DNA from: the human T2T-CHM13v2.0 reference genome, Homo sapiens
NCBI RefSeq assembly: GCF_009914755.1
Contig: NC_060935.1
Direction: 5' to 3' (one strand)
Length of the DNA stretch: 64,000 nt
Below are positions 12,407 to 25,596 of the stretch, piece after piece. The position numbers and the translations under genes were made by a program. The notes beneath the pieces are model-generated. The model did not search any database. It was given only the letters and a program-made list of their open reading frames with translations, and was not told where the DNA came from. Each line of letters starts with the position of its first letter. The first letter of the stretch is position 1.

Positions 12407-12783
12407 TTTATTAGTCTGCTCTCACATTGCTATTAAGAACTACCTGAGACTGGTAATTTATAAAGAAAAGAGGTTTCATTGACTCTCAGTTCTGCAGGCT
12501 GTACAGGAAGCATGGCTTCAGAAACCTTAGGAAACTTATGGTCATAGTGGAAGGTGAAGAGATGGAGGCACAACTTGCAAGACAGGAACAGGAGGAAGAG
12601 AGCAAAGAGGAGGTGCTACACACTTTTAAACAACCAGATGTCATGAGAACTCACTATCATGAGAACAGCAATTGGGAAATCTGTCCCCATGATTGAGTCA
12701 CCTCCCACCAGGTTCTGCCTCCAACACTGAGGTTTACAATTCGACATGAGGTTTGGGCAGGGACACAAATCCAAGCCATATCA
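12407..12783 (-). mobile_element. MSTA-like MaLR solo LTR
   Basis: (T)TTATTAGTC...CCAAGCCATATCA, with perfect 5-bp TSD GCTGT (12402-12406 and 12784-12788). Confidence 0.9.
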
Positions 12784-14313
12784 GCTGTAAATACATGAAT
12801 TTATTATTGGGTTCTCTATTATGTTCAATCGGCCTGGGTATCTGTTTTTATGCCAGTATCATGCTGTTTTGGTTACCATAGCTTTGTAGTATATTTTGAA
12901 GTCAGGTAGTGTGATGTCTTCAGCTTTATCATTTTTGCTCAGTTCTGCTTTTTGGCTATTTGGGATCTTTTATGGTTCCTCAAGTTTTAGGCTTTTTTTC
13001 TATTTCTGTGAAGAATTTCATTGATATTGATATCAACATGTCATTAATAGCTATTGCATTGAATCTGTAGATCACTTTGAAGAGTATGGTTTGTTTAACA
13101 ATATTAATTCTTTCAATTCATGAACATGGAATAGTTTTACATTTTTGTGTGTCCTCTTTAGTTTCTTTTATCAATGTTTTGTAGTCTTTATTATAGAGAT
13201 CTCTCACCTCCTTGGTTAAATTTATTCCTAGGTGTTTTTTTTGTAGCTATTGTAAATGCATTTGCATTCTTGATTTCTTTTTCAGCTAGTTTGTTGCTGA
13301 TGTATAGAAATGTACCCATTTTTATGTGTTAATTTTGTATCCTGCAACTTTACTGAATTTGTTTATTAGTTCTGAGATTTCTTTTTGGTGGAGCTTTTGG
13401 GTTTTTCAATATATAATATTATATCGTCTGCAAAGAGGGCAATTTGACTTCCTTTTTTCCTATGTGGATTCCCTTTATTTATTTCCCTTGTCTAATTGCT
13501 CTGGCCAGAACTTTGAGTACTATGTTGACTAGCAGTGCTAAAAGTTGTTATCTTTGTCTTGTTCTAGTTCTTAGGGAAAATATATTTTGGCTTTTTCTGA
13601 TTCAGTATGATGTCAGCTATGGGCTTGCCTATATGGTCTTTATTGTGTCTGGGTATGCTGATTCTATGCCTAATTCATTGAGAGTTTTTATCATGAAGTG
13701 ATGTTGAATTTTACCAAATGCTTTCTCTGCATCTATTGAGATGATAATATGGTTTTTGTCCATTCTGTTGATTGGACAATGTTGTGATTTATGTCTCACA
13801 TTTATTGATTTGAGTATGTTGAAGCATCCTTGCATCTCCAAGGTAATTACTACTTGATCATGGTGTATAATCTTTGTGTTGTACTGTTGTATTCAGTTTG
13901 CTAGTATTTGGTCGAGGATTTTTGCATCTGTATTAATCAGGGATATTGGCCTTTAATTTGCTTTCTTTGTAATGTTTTTGTCTGATTTTAGTATCAGGGT
14001 AATACTGGACTTGTACAATAAGTTAGGAAGAATTACCACCTCTTCAGTTTTTGTAATAATTTAGAAGAATTGGTAGTTAATTATTTTCTAAAAGTTTGAT
14101 AGAATTCATCAGTGAAGGCATCCATTCCCAGGGTTTTCTTTGCTGGGAGATTTTTTTGTTACTGTTTCAATCTCTTTACTTGTTATTGGTCTGTCCAGTT
14201 TTCCTATTTCTTTCTGCTTTAAAATTGATAGGTTACCTGTGTCCAGAAATTCATCTATTTGCTCTAGGTTTTCCAGTTTGTTGGCATATAGCTATCATAA
14301 TAGTGTCTAATGA

Positions 14314-14612
14314 TTTTTTTGTTGTTGTTCAGGCAAGGTCTCACTCTGTTGCCCAGGGTGGAGTGAAGTGGCATGATCAGGGCTCACTGCAGCCTTGACC
14401 TCCCAGGCTCAAGAAATCCTCCCACCTCAGCCTCCCGAGTAGTTGGAACTGCTGGTGTGGGCCACCATACCTGGATAATTTTTGTAGTTTTTATAGAGGT
14501 GGTATTTCACCATGTTTCTCAGGCTGGTCTCTAACTCCTGGGCTCAAGCAATCTGCCTGCCTCAGAACTCCCAAAGTGCTGGGATTACAGACATCAACCA
14601 CTGTATCCGGCC
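14314..14612 (-). mobile_element. AluJ
   Basis: AluJ diagnostic gcagccttgacctcccaggctcaag...cctcccacctcagcc, with a degenerate TSD tagt...aatgatt. Confidence 0.9.
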
Positions 14613-14786
14613 TAGTTGAATGATTCTTTATATTTCTGTAGTATTAGTTGTAATGTCTCTCATTTTCAGTTTCTTGATTTTATTTACCTAGGTCTTTTCT
14701 TATTTTTCCTTAGTCTAGCGAAAGGTTTGTTGATTTTGTTTATCTTTTCAAAAAACAAGCTTTTTGTTTCTTTGATCTTTTGTATT

Positions 14787-15113
<327 letters not shown>

Positions 15114-16853
15114 TGATCTTTTGTATTGTTTAAGTCTCCATTCAGTTTAGTTCTGCTCTGATCTTTATTATTTCTTTCCTTCTACTAATTTTGGGTTTGG
15201 TTGGCTCTTGCTTTTGAAATCACTTGAGGTGCATCATTAGATTGCTTATTTGAAATCTTTCTATTATTTTTATGTCAGCTTTTATTGCTATAAACTTGCC
15301 TTTTAATACTGGTTTTACTTTGCCCCAGAGGTTTTGGTATATTGTGTTTCTGTTTTCCTTTGTTTCAAGAATTTTTATGATTTCCATCTTAATTTCTTCA
15401 TTGACCCAGTGGTCATTCAGGAACCACTGGGTTCCTGAAACATGTTTATATTCCATGTTTTTATATAATTTTCAAAGTTCCTCTTGGTATTGATTTCTAG
15501 TTTTGTTCCATTGTGGTCTGTGAAGAAACTTGATATGATTTTAATTTTTGGAAATTTGTTTAGACTCTTGTGATCTAACATATGTTCTATCCTAGAGAAT
15601 GTTCTATGTGCTGATGAGAAGAATGTATGCTTTGTCGTTGGATATATTGTTCTGGAAATGTCTTTTATGTCTATTTGGCCTAAAGTCCAGTTCAAATCCA
15701 ATCTTTTTTTGTTGATGTTCTGTCTAGATGATCTATCTAATGCTGAGAGTGGGTTGTTCAAGCCCCCTATCATTACTGTATTGGAATCTCTTCTCTCTCT
15801 CTCTCTCTTTCTCTTTCTCTCTTCAGATGTAGTAACATTTGCTTTATGAATTTGGGTCCTCCAGTGCTGGATGCATGTGTATTTACAATTGTTATATATA
15901 CTTGCTGAATTGATTCCCTTATCATTATATAATGAGATTCTTTGTCTTTCTTTTTTCTTTTTTTTACTTAATATCTATTTCTTCTGATATAAACATAGCT
16001 ACTTCTGCTCACTTTTGATATCTATTTGTGTGGAATATATTTTTTATCCCTTTACTTTTAGATGGTGTGTGTTTTTACAGGCAATATTAGCTTCTTATGA
16101 ACTTCAGGTAGTTGGGTCTTACAAAAAATCCATTCAGCCCATCCATATATTTTAACTGGGAAATCAAAACCATTAATATTTGAGGTTTATATTGATAGAT
16201 GAGTACTTACTCCTCTTATTTTGTTAATTGTTTTCTGGTTGTTTTTTATACCCTTTGCTCCTTTCTTCTTCTCTTATTGTTTATTTTTGTGGTTTGGTGG
16301 TTTTCTGTAATAGTAATGTGTGATCCCATTCTCTTTGTATTTGTTTATCTGCTCTACCAGTGAGTTATACATGAGTACTACTTTCATGAAAGTATATGAC
16401 TCAAAAAATATATATTGCCCTACACTTCCTGATGTAGGACTTTGTTAAGCTTTTCTCGTAGATCAGGTCTACTGGTGATGAATTTCTTCAGTTTTTGCTT
16501 GTCTGAGATAGACTTTGTTTCTCCATCATTTCTGAAGGTTAGTTTTTCTGTGTATAGGTTTCTTTGGTGGCATTTGTTTTTTCTTTCATCACTTTAAATG
16601 TATCATACCATTCTTTCCTGGCCTGCAGGTTTCTGCTGGAAAATCTGCTGTTAGTCTGATGGCATATCCTTATATGTGATTTGATGTTTTCCTCTCAGTT
16701 TTTAGCATTCCGTCTTTATCTTTGCCTTTTGAAAGTTTGACTATAATGTGCCTTGGCAAGGACCTTCTTGGGTTACATTTATTTGGGGGCTTTTAGCTTT
16801 CTAAATCTGGATGGTCATATCTCTCCTAAGTATTGGGAAGTTTTTAGCTAATA

Positions 16854-17140
16854 TTTTTATTTTATTATTATTATTTTTTGAGGCAAGGTCTCTGTCTATC
16901 GCCCAAGCTGGAGTGCAGTGGCATGAACATGGTTCCCTGCAACCTTGACCTCCTGGGCTCAAGTGATCCTCCTGTGAAGTTATGACCACAGTTGTATGCC
17001 ACCATACCCAGATTTTTTTTTTTTTTTGGTAGATATGGCACATCACCATCTTCCTCACTCTGGTCTCAAACTCCAAGCTATCCTCCTGTCTCAGCCTCCC
17101 AAAGTGCTGGGATTATAGGTATGTGCCACCATGCCCAGCC
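16854..17140 (-). mobile_element. AluJ with small internal deletions
   Basis: ccttgacctcctgggctcaagtgatcc ... cccaaagtgctgggattataggtatgtgccaccatgcccagcc. Confidence 0.88.
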
Positions 17141-18349
17141 TATGGCTATTTTTTAAAAATAGGTTTTCTATGCCATTTCCCATCTTTTCTTCTTAGAACT
17201 TCCAAAATTCACGTATTTGTTTACTTAATGGTGGCCCATATGTCCTTTTAGGCTTAATTTATTCTTTTAAAATGTCTTCTTATTTTTGTCTGACTGAGTT
17301 TCTTCAAAAGAGCTGTCTTCAAGTTTAGAAATTATTCTGCTTGAACTAGCCTATTATTGACATTCTCAATTAAAGTTTTATTTCATTCATTGAATTGTTC
17401 TCTTTCAAGATTTCTTTTGAAGCAAGGTTTTATTTTGCAATATCTATCTCTTTGTTGAATTTCTCATTCAGATCAGGCACTGTTTTTCTGATTTTGTTGA
17501 AATGTCTGTGTTCTCTTGTTTCTTGCTGAATCTCCTTAAGATCATTATTTTGAATTCATTTTCAGTCATTTCATAGACTTCATTTGCTTTTGTGTGTTGG
17601 CTCCCTCTGTCCTGGGGTAAGCCTCTTTGCTGTGCTGAATTGCCTGTCCCATGGGATATAGGGTGCTACACAGGCTCAGATGCTATGGTAATGGTATCAT
17701 TTCTGTGTCCATCTCATGTCACGATGCTGCAACCTTCTGGGTGTATGTGGTGGGATGGCAGCAGGACCCCAGGAATATGGACATGCAGGGACTACTGGAT
17801 CCTATGAATGGATACATTCTGGTGGCAGCTCTGCTCTTAAAATGGTATTGTGCTTCAGCATCCTGGATCCAGGGGAGTGCAAAGGACTCAGTGTGTTTTC
17901 CCTCTCAGGAAATATGAAGTTGCTTGGACTCCAAATGCTCCCTATGCTGGGATCAGGGCCTGTAAGGGCTGTGAGGCTCTTCTGTACCTAGAATTGTTGG
18001 TGTCCATGGTGAGAATATGGCTGCTGGCAATCTCCCACTTTCTTTTTTCCCACAATGGGAGTTCCTCTTGGCTTGAAACAAATTGATACCGGGTGCTTTG
18101 CTTTTCTCTCTGTAATGCCTTTTTAAGTTTCTGTACCCTAAAAGGTCTTCATAACTTCTCTACTGAATCCCAGTATTCTTCCTTAAATACTCTGTTTGAT
18201 TTGTGGTTATCTACTGGTTGTTGTGGTCCTTTGTCAGGGAGGTGAGTGCTGGACACCTCTATTTAATCATCTTGATAACATCTGTCTCAATTCAGTTGTA
18301 ACCACCATCCTATGATTAAGTCTGCCCACAAGTAATTGTCGCAGCAATA

Positions 18350-18395
18350 TTAGTAGAATTAGTAGTAGTAGTAGTAATAGTAGCAGCAGCAGCAA
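18350..18395. repeat. (AGT)n(AGC)n trinucleotide microsatellite
   Basis: agtagtagtagtagtaatagtagcagcagcagc. Confidence 0.8.
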
Positions 18396-18409
18396 TGACA
18401 ATCAAATAC

Positions 18410-18650
18410 CTAACACTTGTGGAGCACTTACCAGCTGTAACATGCTGTCATAAATTTTCTACCTATATTAATTAATTTAATTCTCAAAACAATCCCAAGT
18501 GATAGGTTCTATCATTGTCCACATTTTACAATGAGGAATCTAAGACAGAGAGGTTGGGTAACTTACTTAAGTAGACATACCTTGCAATTGGCAAACCAGG
18601 ATCTTCTAAACTAGGCCGGTGACTTTGGAGTTCATACTCTTAACCTCTAT
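18410..18650 (-). mobile_element. MIR
   Basis: cattttacaatgaggaatctaagacagagaggttgggtaacttac. Confidence 0.7.
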
Positions 18651-19866
18651 GCCAGTCCGTCTTTCGCAATCACTTGTCATATCTTTTGCAGCATCCTTGG
18701 CAACTGGAAAGGAATGTGATATTTATAGAAGAAAATGGTATTTTCTTTGGCTGTCTCTATTAAACACAGTTTTGAAGGTGCTGGTCATTTTGAAAACTTG
18801 GGCATGACTAAAGAAAATGAAATGTGGAAGTTCTATGGCCTTTGTTCTTTGGGAATAGGTCATCTATTCTCAGTAAGTATGTAGGAGATCCCAGTAGGAA
18901 TTGGGGGCAAAAATACAGGAAGACAGTTCGTTGTTGGCATTATGATATCATTTCCACATTTCATGGTTTAGTTTCAGCCACATCCAAATTAACTTGCAAC
19001 TGCTCAGCAGTGACATGTTTGTTCATCTAATGTCTACATTCACAATCTGAGTTTCTCTACTTACCAGTTCTATGATCTTAGGAAAGTTATATAAAGTACT
19101 GTTGTCTAAGTTTCTTCATTGTAAAATGAGCAAACTTACTTCATTTAATTGCTGGGAGAATTAAATGGTATAATATGCCTAAAATATTGACTTCAGTGCT
19201 TGGCATTCTCTAGGTTCAATAACATTATGGAAGATATTAATAGATAAAGTGAAGGTTGTGGAAAATATGCTACAATTCCTCTCCTCAAAGTCAATTATGG
19301 CATTAATGACAAAATTTGCAAATATCATCACAATATATTATGATATCATTGCCTCCAAAGAGGTAAAGATATTAAATTTTATAAAAGTTCTAAGATAGAT
19401 GAAATTCATGGTCTAGAGAAAAAGTGTGTAAGCCTTCATGAACATGGTAAGAGTATGGGTTTGAAGTGGTGTCTGAAGCCAGGCAAAGGCAGATAAACCA
19501 ACTACATTGTGAGAGAGTATTGTGGGTCAACGAAACAACATGAAAAACTAGAGAGGTAGAAACAAACTCGTACATTTGTAGGACAGCAAAGATGCCACCT
19601 CATTAGAGAAAAAGATTTACTTCAAGAATATTGGAAGATAAGACCTGGTAGGGAAGGATAGACCAGGCTTTTGGAATGCTGCACAGAACCATACCTTTCT
19701 CCATACTTAAGTCTGCGTGAGCAACTCTAATTGAGAAACCTTGATCATTTGTGAAAGATTATTTAAAATATTACCTTTTGCAAGAGGACTTTTCTCTTCT
19801 CTCCATTAGAAGGAATTTCTTCCCTCCAATGAACTCTCAGTCTAGCTTATCTTTATTCCTCTTATC

Positions 19867-19997
19867 TAGCATGACCGCACATGCTAGTTTGCCTGGGTCA
19901 TTCTGAGTTATGCTTGTTATCCCAGTGTAATTATTAGTAGAGCACCCTTTCATTCTAAAATATGTTCCTTTTGTATGATAAAATAAAAGGTCAACTA
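19867..19997 (-). mobile_element. MER94-like hAT-Blackjack MITE
   Basis: TAGCATGACC...GGTCAACTA terminal repeats, internal taattattagtagagcaccctttcattct, about 130 bp. Confidence 0.7.
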
Positions 19998-21289
19998 CTT
20001 ATAACTCTTATCACTTATCTTCTGTGTTCCGGTTAGTTACCCCTATTAAAACGTTCAGGCTAGCAAAGACCATTATCTACTCATCTTTGTATTCCCAGTA
20101 CAGAACATAATAATTATTTATTAAATGAATTTAAAGAAGGAGGCTGAAAACTCTTGGAGTATAAGTCTGAATCCTTAGACTTTTTTATGTTTCTAACCTT
20201 GTCTGCTATTGCACCTGCAAATACTAGGTACTTGATAGGTTTGTAAATTCGAGTGGACATGCACAAGGGTATACTGTTTCTGGAGTGTGCCGGAGATGAC
20301 TTAAGCACAGACTTGAAGTGTGTCCTCAGAAATCTTATCTTCTTTTCTCACCGTTTGCTAACCTGTGCACATTTCTTGCTGACAGTTTGGGTTGGTCTTA
20401 AGGCCTAAATAAAAATTTTATTTGGAAAATTCAACTATTAAATCAACAATCAGATGCATGTGTGTGCCCTACCTCTGTTGTGTGTGTGTGATGAAAACAG
20501 TCCTATTTTGTAGGATTTAACCTTTCTCATTACTGGGTCCCCATTAGGAAATTTAAAATAAAAATAAATGAAGATTGATGGTTTTTCAAATGATTGGTAC
20601 ATTGGTTGAATAATTCACTTAACAAACTATATTGAATTTTTTGTTTTGTTCCAATTAGTGTTATTTCCTTGAGGTTTCTAACTGGAATTTCTATTCTTGT
20701 TTTATAACTATTTATGATTTGAATGGCCCTACTGGATTTTTCTTCTTAAAATTTGTGAGAAGTTATGCTAGCAGATGTTAAAAAGGAATAAAGGATATAA
20801 ACTTTGCCATATTGTTTAGTTATAGAGGAGTCATTTGGGTAACTCCGTTAACTTGCTGAGTGTGAGAGGAAATTATAGTTATCTATGAAACCTTAGTTTC
20901 TAACTTGGAATCTTTTCATCTGTTTTCTAGGGTTAGATCGGTTTCCCTCCATGTCCTGTGGGTCAAGGATGCCACAGCTATCTGAATATATATAACCCAT
21001 ATCACTACATGGCAGGCAGATACGCAGAGGTTAGATTCTGAACCCTATGAAAGTGGGCTATATGGAAAATTAAACTGCTGAAGGCCCTTAAACAGAGGCC
21101 TCAGAGTAAATCCTTTTCCTACTCTCAGCACAATCCTGTGCTCGCCAGCCTTCCCTGTGACCAGTGGTACTCCTTCAAAAATTTTTTTGGGAAATTCTCC
21201 TTTGCTAGGCTATATTCACCAGCCTTTCTCTGCAGTTTTATCCTCTTTGTTCTAAAGAAGCCATGCAATCTCTCATATAGGTTTGTTTC

Positions 21290-21420
21290 TTTTCCCCTCT
21301 CCCCTCCCCTCCCCTCTCCTTCCCTCCCCTCCCACCCCTCCCCTCCCTCCCCTCCCCTCCCCTCTCCTTCCCTCCCCTCCCTCCCCTCCCCTGCCCTCCC
21401 CTCCTTTCCTCTCCTCTTTT
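21290..21420. repeat. (CCCCT/CCCT)n polypyrimidine low-complexity tract
   Basis: About 130 bp of nearly pure C/T. Produces the spurious PS-rich and GRE-rich ORFs. Confidence 0.95.
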
Positions 21421-21449
21421 TTGTAACCTGAGGGGAAGGTTTCCAATTG

Positions 21450-21668
21450 TGGATGTTTTTCAGCATTGTGGACATTTTAGGCTGGCTAGTTCTTTGTTGT
21501 TTTGAGCTCTTCTGCACATTGTACAATGCTTAGCAGCATTCCTGGCCTTTATTCCCTAGATTTCAGTATCACTTCCTGTTCCCAATCATGGCAACCAAAA
21601 ACACCCTCTGACATATCAAATGTTTGCAGGATGAGGCAGTGCAAAATTCCCCCTACTAAGAACCATTA
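21450..21668 (+). mobile_element. MER20 (hAT-Charlie)
   Basis: gacattttaggctgg...cattgtacaatgcttagcagcattcctggcc...caaccaaaa...aagaaccatt. Confidence 0.8.
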
Positions 21669-21977
21669 CCTTGGAATCTCTGTGAAAACCTTTTTAGAAG
21701 GTGGAAGAAACAACGGCCTTAGTGCAGCACTTACCAATTGTGTGACGGACAGGAGTTGTTTGACTTCTCTGATACTGTTTCTTTACCTGCAAAGTAGGGA
21801 TAATAACATCTTTCTTTCAGAGTTTAGATTTCAACAGGAACTTTTAGGCGCATAGTAAGGTACTGACAAGTGGTAGTCACTGTCATTCTTATTTGGTGAA
21901 TTCCAGCTACATTTCCCAATACCAGTAATTCCAACTTAAGAAAAAGTATTTCTCTTTTTCTCTCACCCTGGAAACAG

Positions 21978-22100
21978 AACACGATGAATGTGGCAGCGGC
22001 CAGCACAACTGTGATGAGAATGCCATCTGCACCAACACTGTCCAGGGACACAGCTGCACCTGCAAACCGGGCTACGTGGGGAACGGGACCATCTGCAGAG
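21978..22100 (+). CDS. NELL1: Internal coding exon of NELL1 (neural EGF-like 1), encoding one EGF-like domain
   Basis: Polypyrimidine tract ttctctttttctctcaccctggaaacAG at the acceptor (AG 21976-21977) and donor GAG|gtaggc at 22100/22101. 123 nt, phase 1-1, open frame (G)AA CAC GAT GAA TGT ... TGC AGA G = EHDECGSGQHNCDENAICTNTVQGHSCTCKPGYVGNGTICR, with six Cys in EGF spacing. The peptide matches NELL1 as I recall it (NELL2 differs: ECITNQHNCDENALC). Confidence 0.96.
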
Positions 22101-22539
22101 GTAGGCTTGCCGCCTTAGTGTTGAGTTGTGAGCAGCCATTCTGCCTGGGCTCTTGGCACTTGTGCGTCGGACCTTCTTGGTAACTCTTGGTGGAACACAG
22201 CCAGGGTTCCTGCTCCTGGTTTATCAACTGGCAAGGGTACTGTGCGTCAGGGAAAAAGAAAAATGCTTCAGGTTTAGCTTTGGAGTTGAAAGAAAAAGGC
22301 ATAGGTATGGGTCAGGGACACAGTTACATAACTTGATGGCTCTGTTCAGCTTTGCCTGTTGGCATGAGTTTGTGAGGGAAGCTTGGATTGCGGATATTGG
22401 CTTTTCTTTCCTGTGAGATTTTCCCCAAGGGCAAGTGGACACTGTTTCTGTCCACACTTGAGGTATCTGCTTGGGTAGGAAACTTACAGTTTTAGCCTTG
22501 CTCAGTGTCTGGGAGCAGTTTATCAATTCAGAGGCCAGC

Positions 22540-23100
22540 GCCCTGGCTTCCCTTAGCATTTAGAATAAAAATAAAATTCCTCCTTCTGGCTTATGAGGGC
22601 ATTCAGCATCTGGTCCCTGGCTCCTCACAGCTGACACCTCTCTTTCCTCTCACCCTGAATCCCTTTACCTCAGCCTACTGGGTCCCTGTTATTCCTTCAG
22701 CATTGTTGTTGCCTCAGCCACAATGCTCATTTCTTTCATGTCTCTACTCAAATGTCTCCTCATCACAGAAAAGTTCTTTGACCACCCTATCTAAAATAGT
22801 ACGCTTAGTACTTCTTAGCCCACACCAGGCTTGATTTTTTTCTTCACAAACAACCTGACAGAACATCACAGGTTTATGTGTTTGCTTATCTCTGTGTTAT
22901 CTGCCTCCCCACTAGGATGTAAGCTCCATGACAGTGAACACTTGGTCTTGTCCCCCCACTGTCCCTGGTGTTTAGATATTATCTGCCTCCCCACTAGAAT
23001 GTAAGCTCCATGACAGTGAACACTTGATCTTCTCCCCCCATTGTCCCTGGCATTTAGAGTGTGACTTGCACACGGTAGGTGCTTGTTCACTATGTGTTAA
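22540..23100 (+). mobile_element. L2 3' end with internal 82-bp tandem duplication
   Basis: ctagaatgtaagctccatga...cacacggtaggtgctt L2 terminus. Confidence 0.8.
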
Positions 23101-23349
23101 TTCACCAAATCACCAAAGAGGAAAGGCACAATCATAACGAAAAAATAGGCAACATGAACAAGAAAACAAAAGACATCCTATGAGGTAGGTATTATTATCC
23201 TTATTTTAGAAGTGATAAGATTGAGACACAGAGAGGTTAAATAACTTGCCCAAAGATACATAGTAAACACATTGTCAGTATTCCTCTGCAGGGATGAAAT
23301 GCTGGTAATGAGTGAAAAATAATTTACAACGACTAAGTCACTATATTTA

Positions 23350-24040
23350 TGGATTGGATTGGGGAAGAATTTTAAAAGATCAATTTTATTCTGTGTTGGT
23401 TAAGGTGAGGTAAGCAGAAAGCCTAATACATGACTATGAGTGTAAATTGGTAAAACTCATTTTTTTTTTAACAGCAATTTGACAAAATTTATCAACATTC
23501 AAAGTACGTATTCTACTGATTCCATCAATTTTACCTCTTGAAATTTATTCTAAAAAAGCACAGGTTCATGAAGAGGGGGAAATGTGCATAGAATTTTTTT
23601 TGCAGCACTGTTTATATTCACTGAAAACTGGAAACAACCAAAATATCCATCAGTCTTGGAATGATTAAATTTATCTTGGCATATGAATTTTATAGAGCAG
23701 AATGCTATGGTTTAAAACTCTAAACATTTGTATGTACACGCACGCACACACAAACACATACATACATGTACACATCACATTGAAAGATACCCTACATATT
23801 TTTGAGAAAAAATAAAATAAATTCAAGTTCAGAACAATATAGTATCATCAAATATCTAAGTTAATATTTATAAATATCTATATACATATTTATGTAAATA
23901 CATAAAGACTGGAAACATGCAAACTAGTCACCTTATTGCCCATGTGTGTGTGAAAAAAGAAAATTCACTTATTGCTATGAACTCCATGTTATTTGCACTT
24001 CTTCCAGTGGTCTTTTATATGTGAATATTTGTGCGTATTT
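23350..24040 (+). mobile_element. L1ME-class 3' fragment
   Basis: gagtgtaaattggta, gcagcactgttt, aaaactggaaacaaccaaaatatccatca. Confidence 0.7.
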
Positions 24041-24665
24041 TTTCTAAAGTACCCTGAAGCAAATAAACTAGTGCTCAGCTTTTTTAAAAGGCTAAGGAAA
24101 TTTCCAAAGCAAAACAAGGAAACAAAAACGTTAATGTAATTCCAGGGATTATCAAGCCCACTGCTGGTACCTGCATGCTAGTGCTATAAATCTGAGGAGC
24201 AACATAGGGATTTTAATGCACTTTTTTTCAGAATTATGTTACCTCATAAAATAATATTAATTGCCCTTGTCCAGTGAGTTTGTATTTGCCGAGTCCTCTC
24301 TTGCCATTGTGATAAGTGGTGGTTTCACCTTCGTAGAATTTTGTAAGTCCAGCTGTGAAAAAATATGAGTTTAAATAATGTTCCTGATGTCCGCAGACTG
24401 TGAGGGGAAACATATCTTCCCTTGAAAGTTATGAATTAGGGAAAATAATTTTCTTAAAGTGATTGTCATAATCAATTGTGTTGACCTCAGTAAGGAAAAG
24501 TCTTGTGTTTTATAAATGCTGCATGGGAAAGCAATGTGGTATAGTTGAACAATTGGATAAAGAGCTTGTACTCTTCACACCTTCTTTCACTACTGGTTCT
24601 TTACACTGGCTTTCATTACTGGTGAATTGTAACTTCTATATTTTTACATATTAAAATTTGGTTAA

Positions 24666-25017
<352 letters not shown>

Positions 25018-25280
25018 CTAACAGTATTATTGCATAGAATCACTAACGGAATTTATATTTGGTGTTTTAAACTGTAAAATGCTATACAAACTAAAGACTA
25101 GTATTAGCCTTATAATAAAGAAGAAGAAAGAGGAGGAGGAGGTTGGCAGTTTATGGCCTTCTGCCTGAAATAACCAAATTTGTGTCTCAATTTCAGGGCA
25201 TATATTTTATAGTTAACTTTGCCACCTTGTAACTGAAACATTTACAGTGGGAGTTGGACAAGAATAACCAGACAACTTGA

Positions 25281-25596
<316 letters not shown>

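Noticed and set aside
21125-21526. GRE-rich and PS-rich ORFs
   Set aside because: Translations of the (CCCCT)n low-complexity tract.
21824-22302. Minus-strand ORFs overlapping the NELL1 exon
   Set aside because: Antisense shadows of the real + strand exon, with no independent coding signal.
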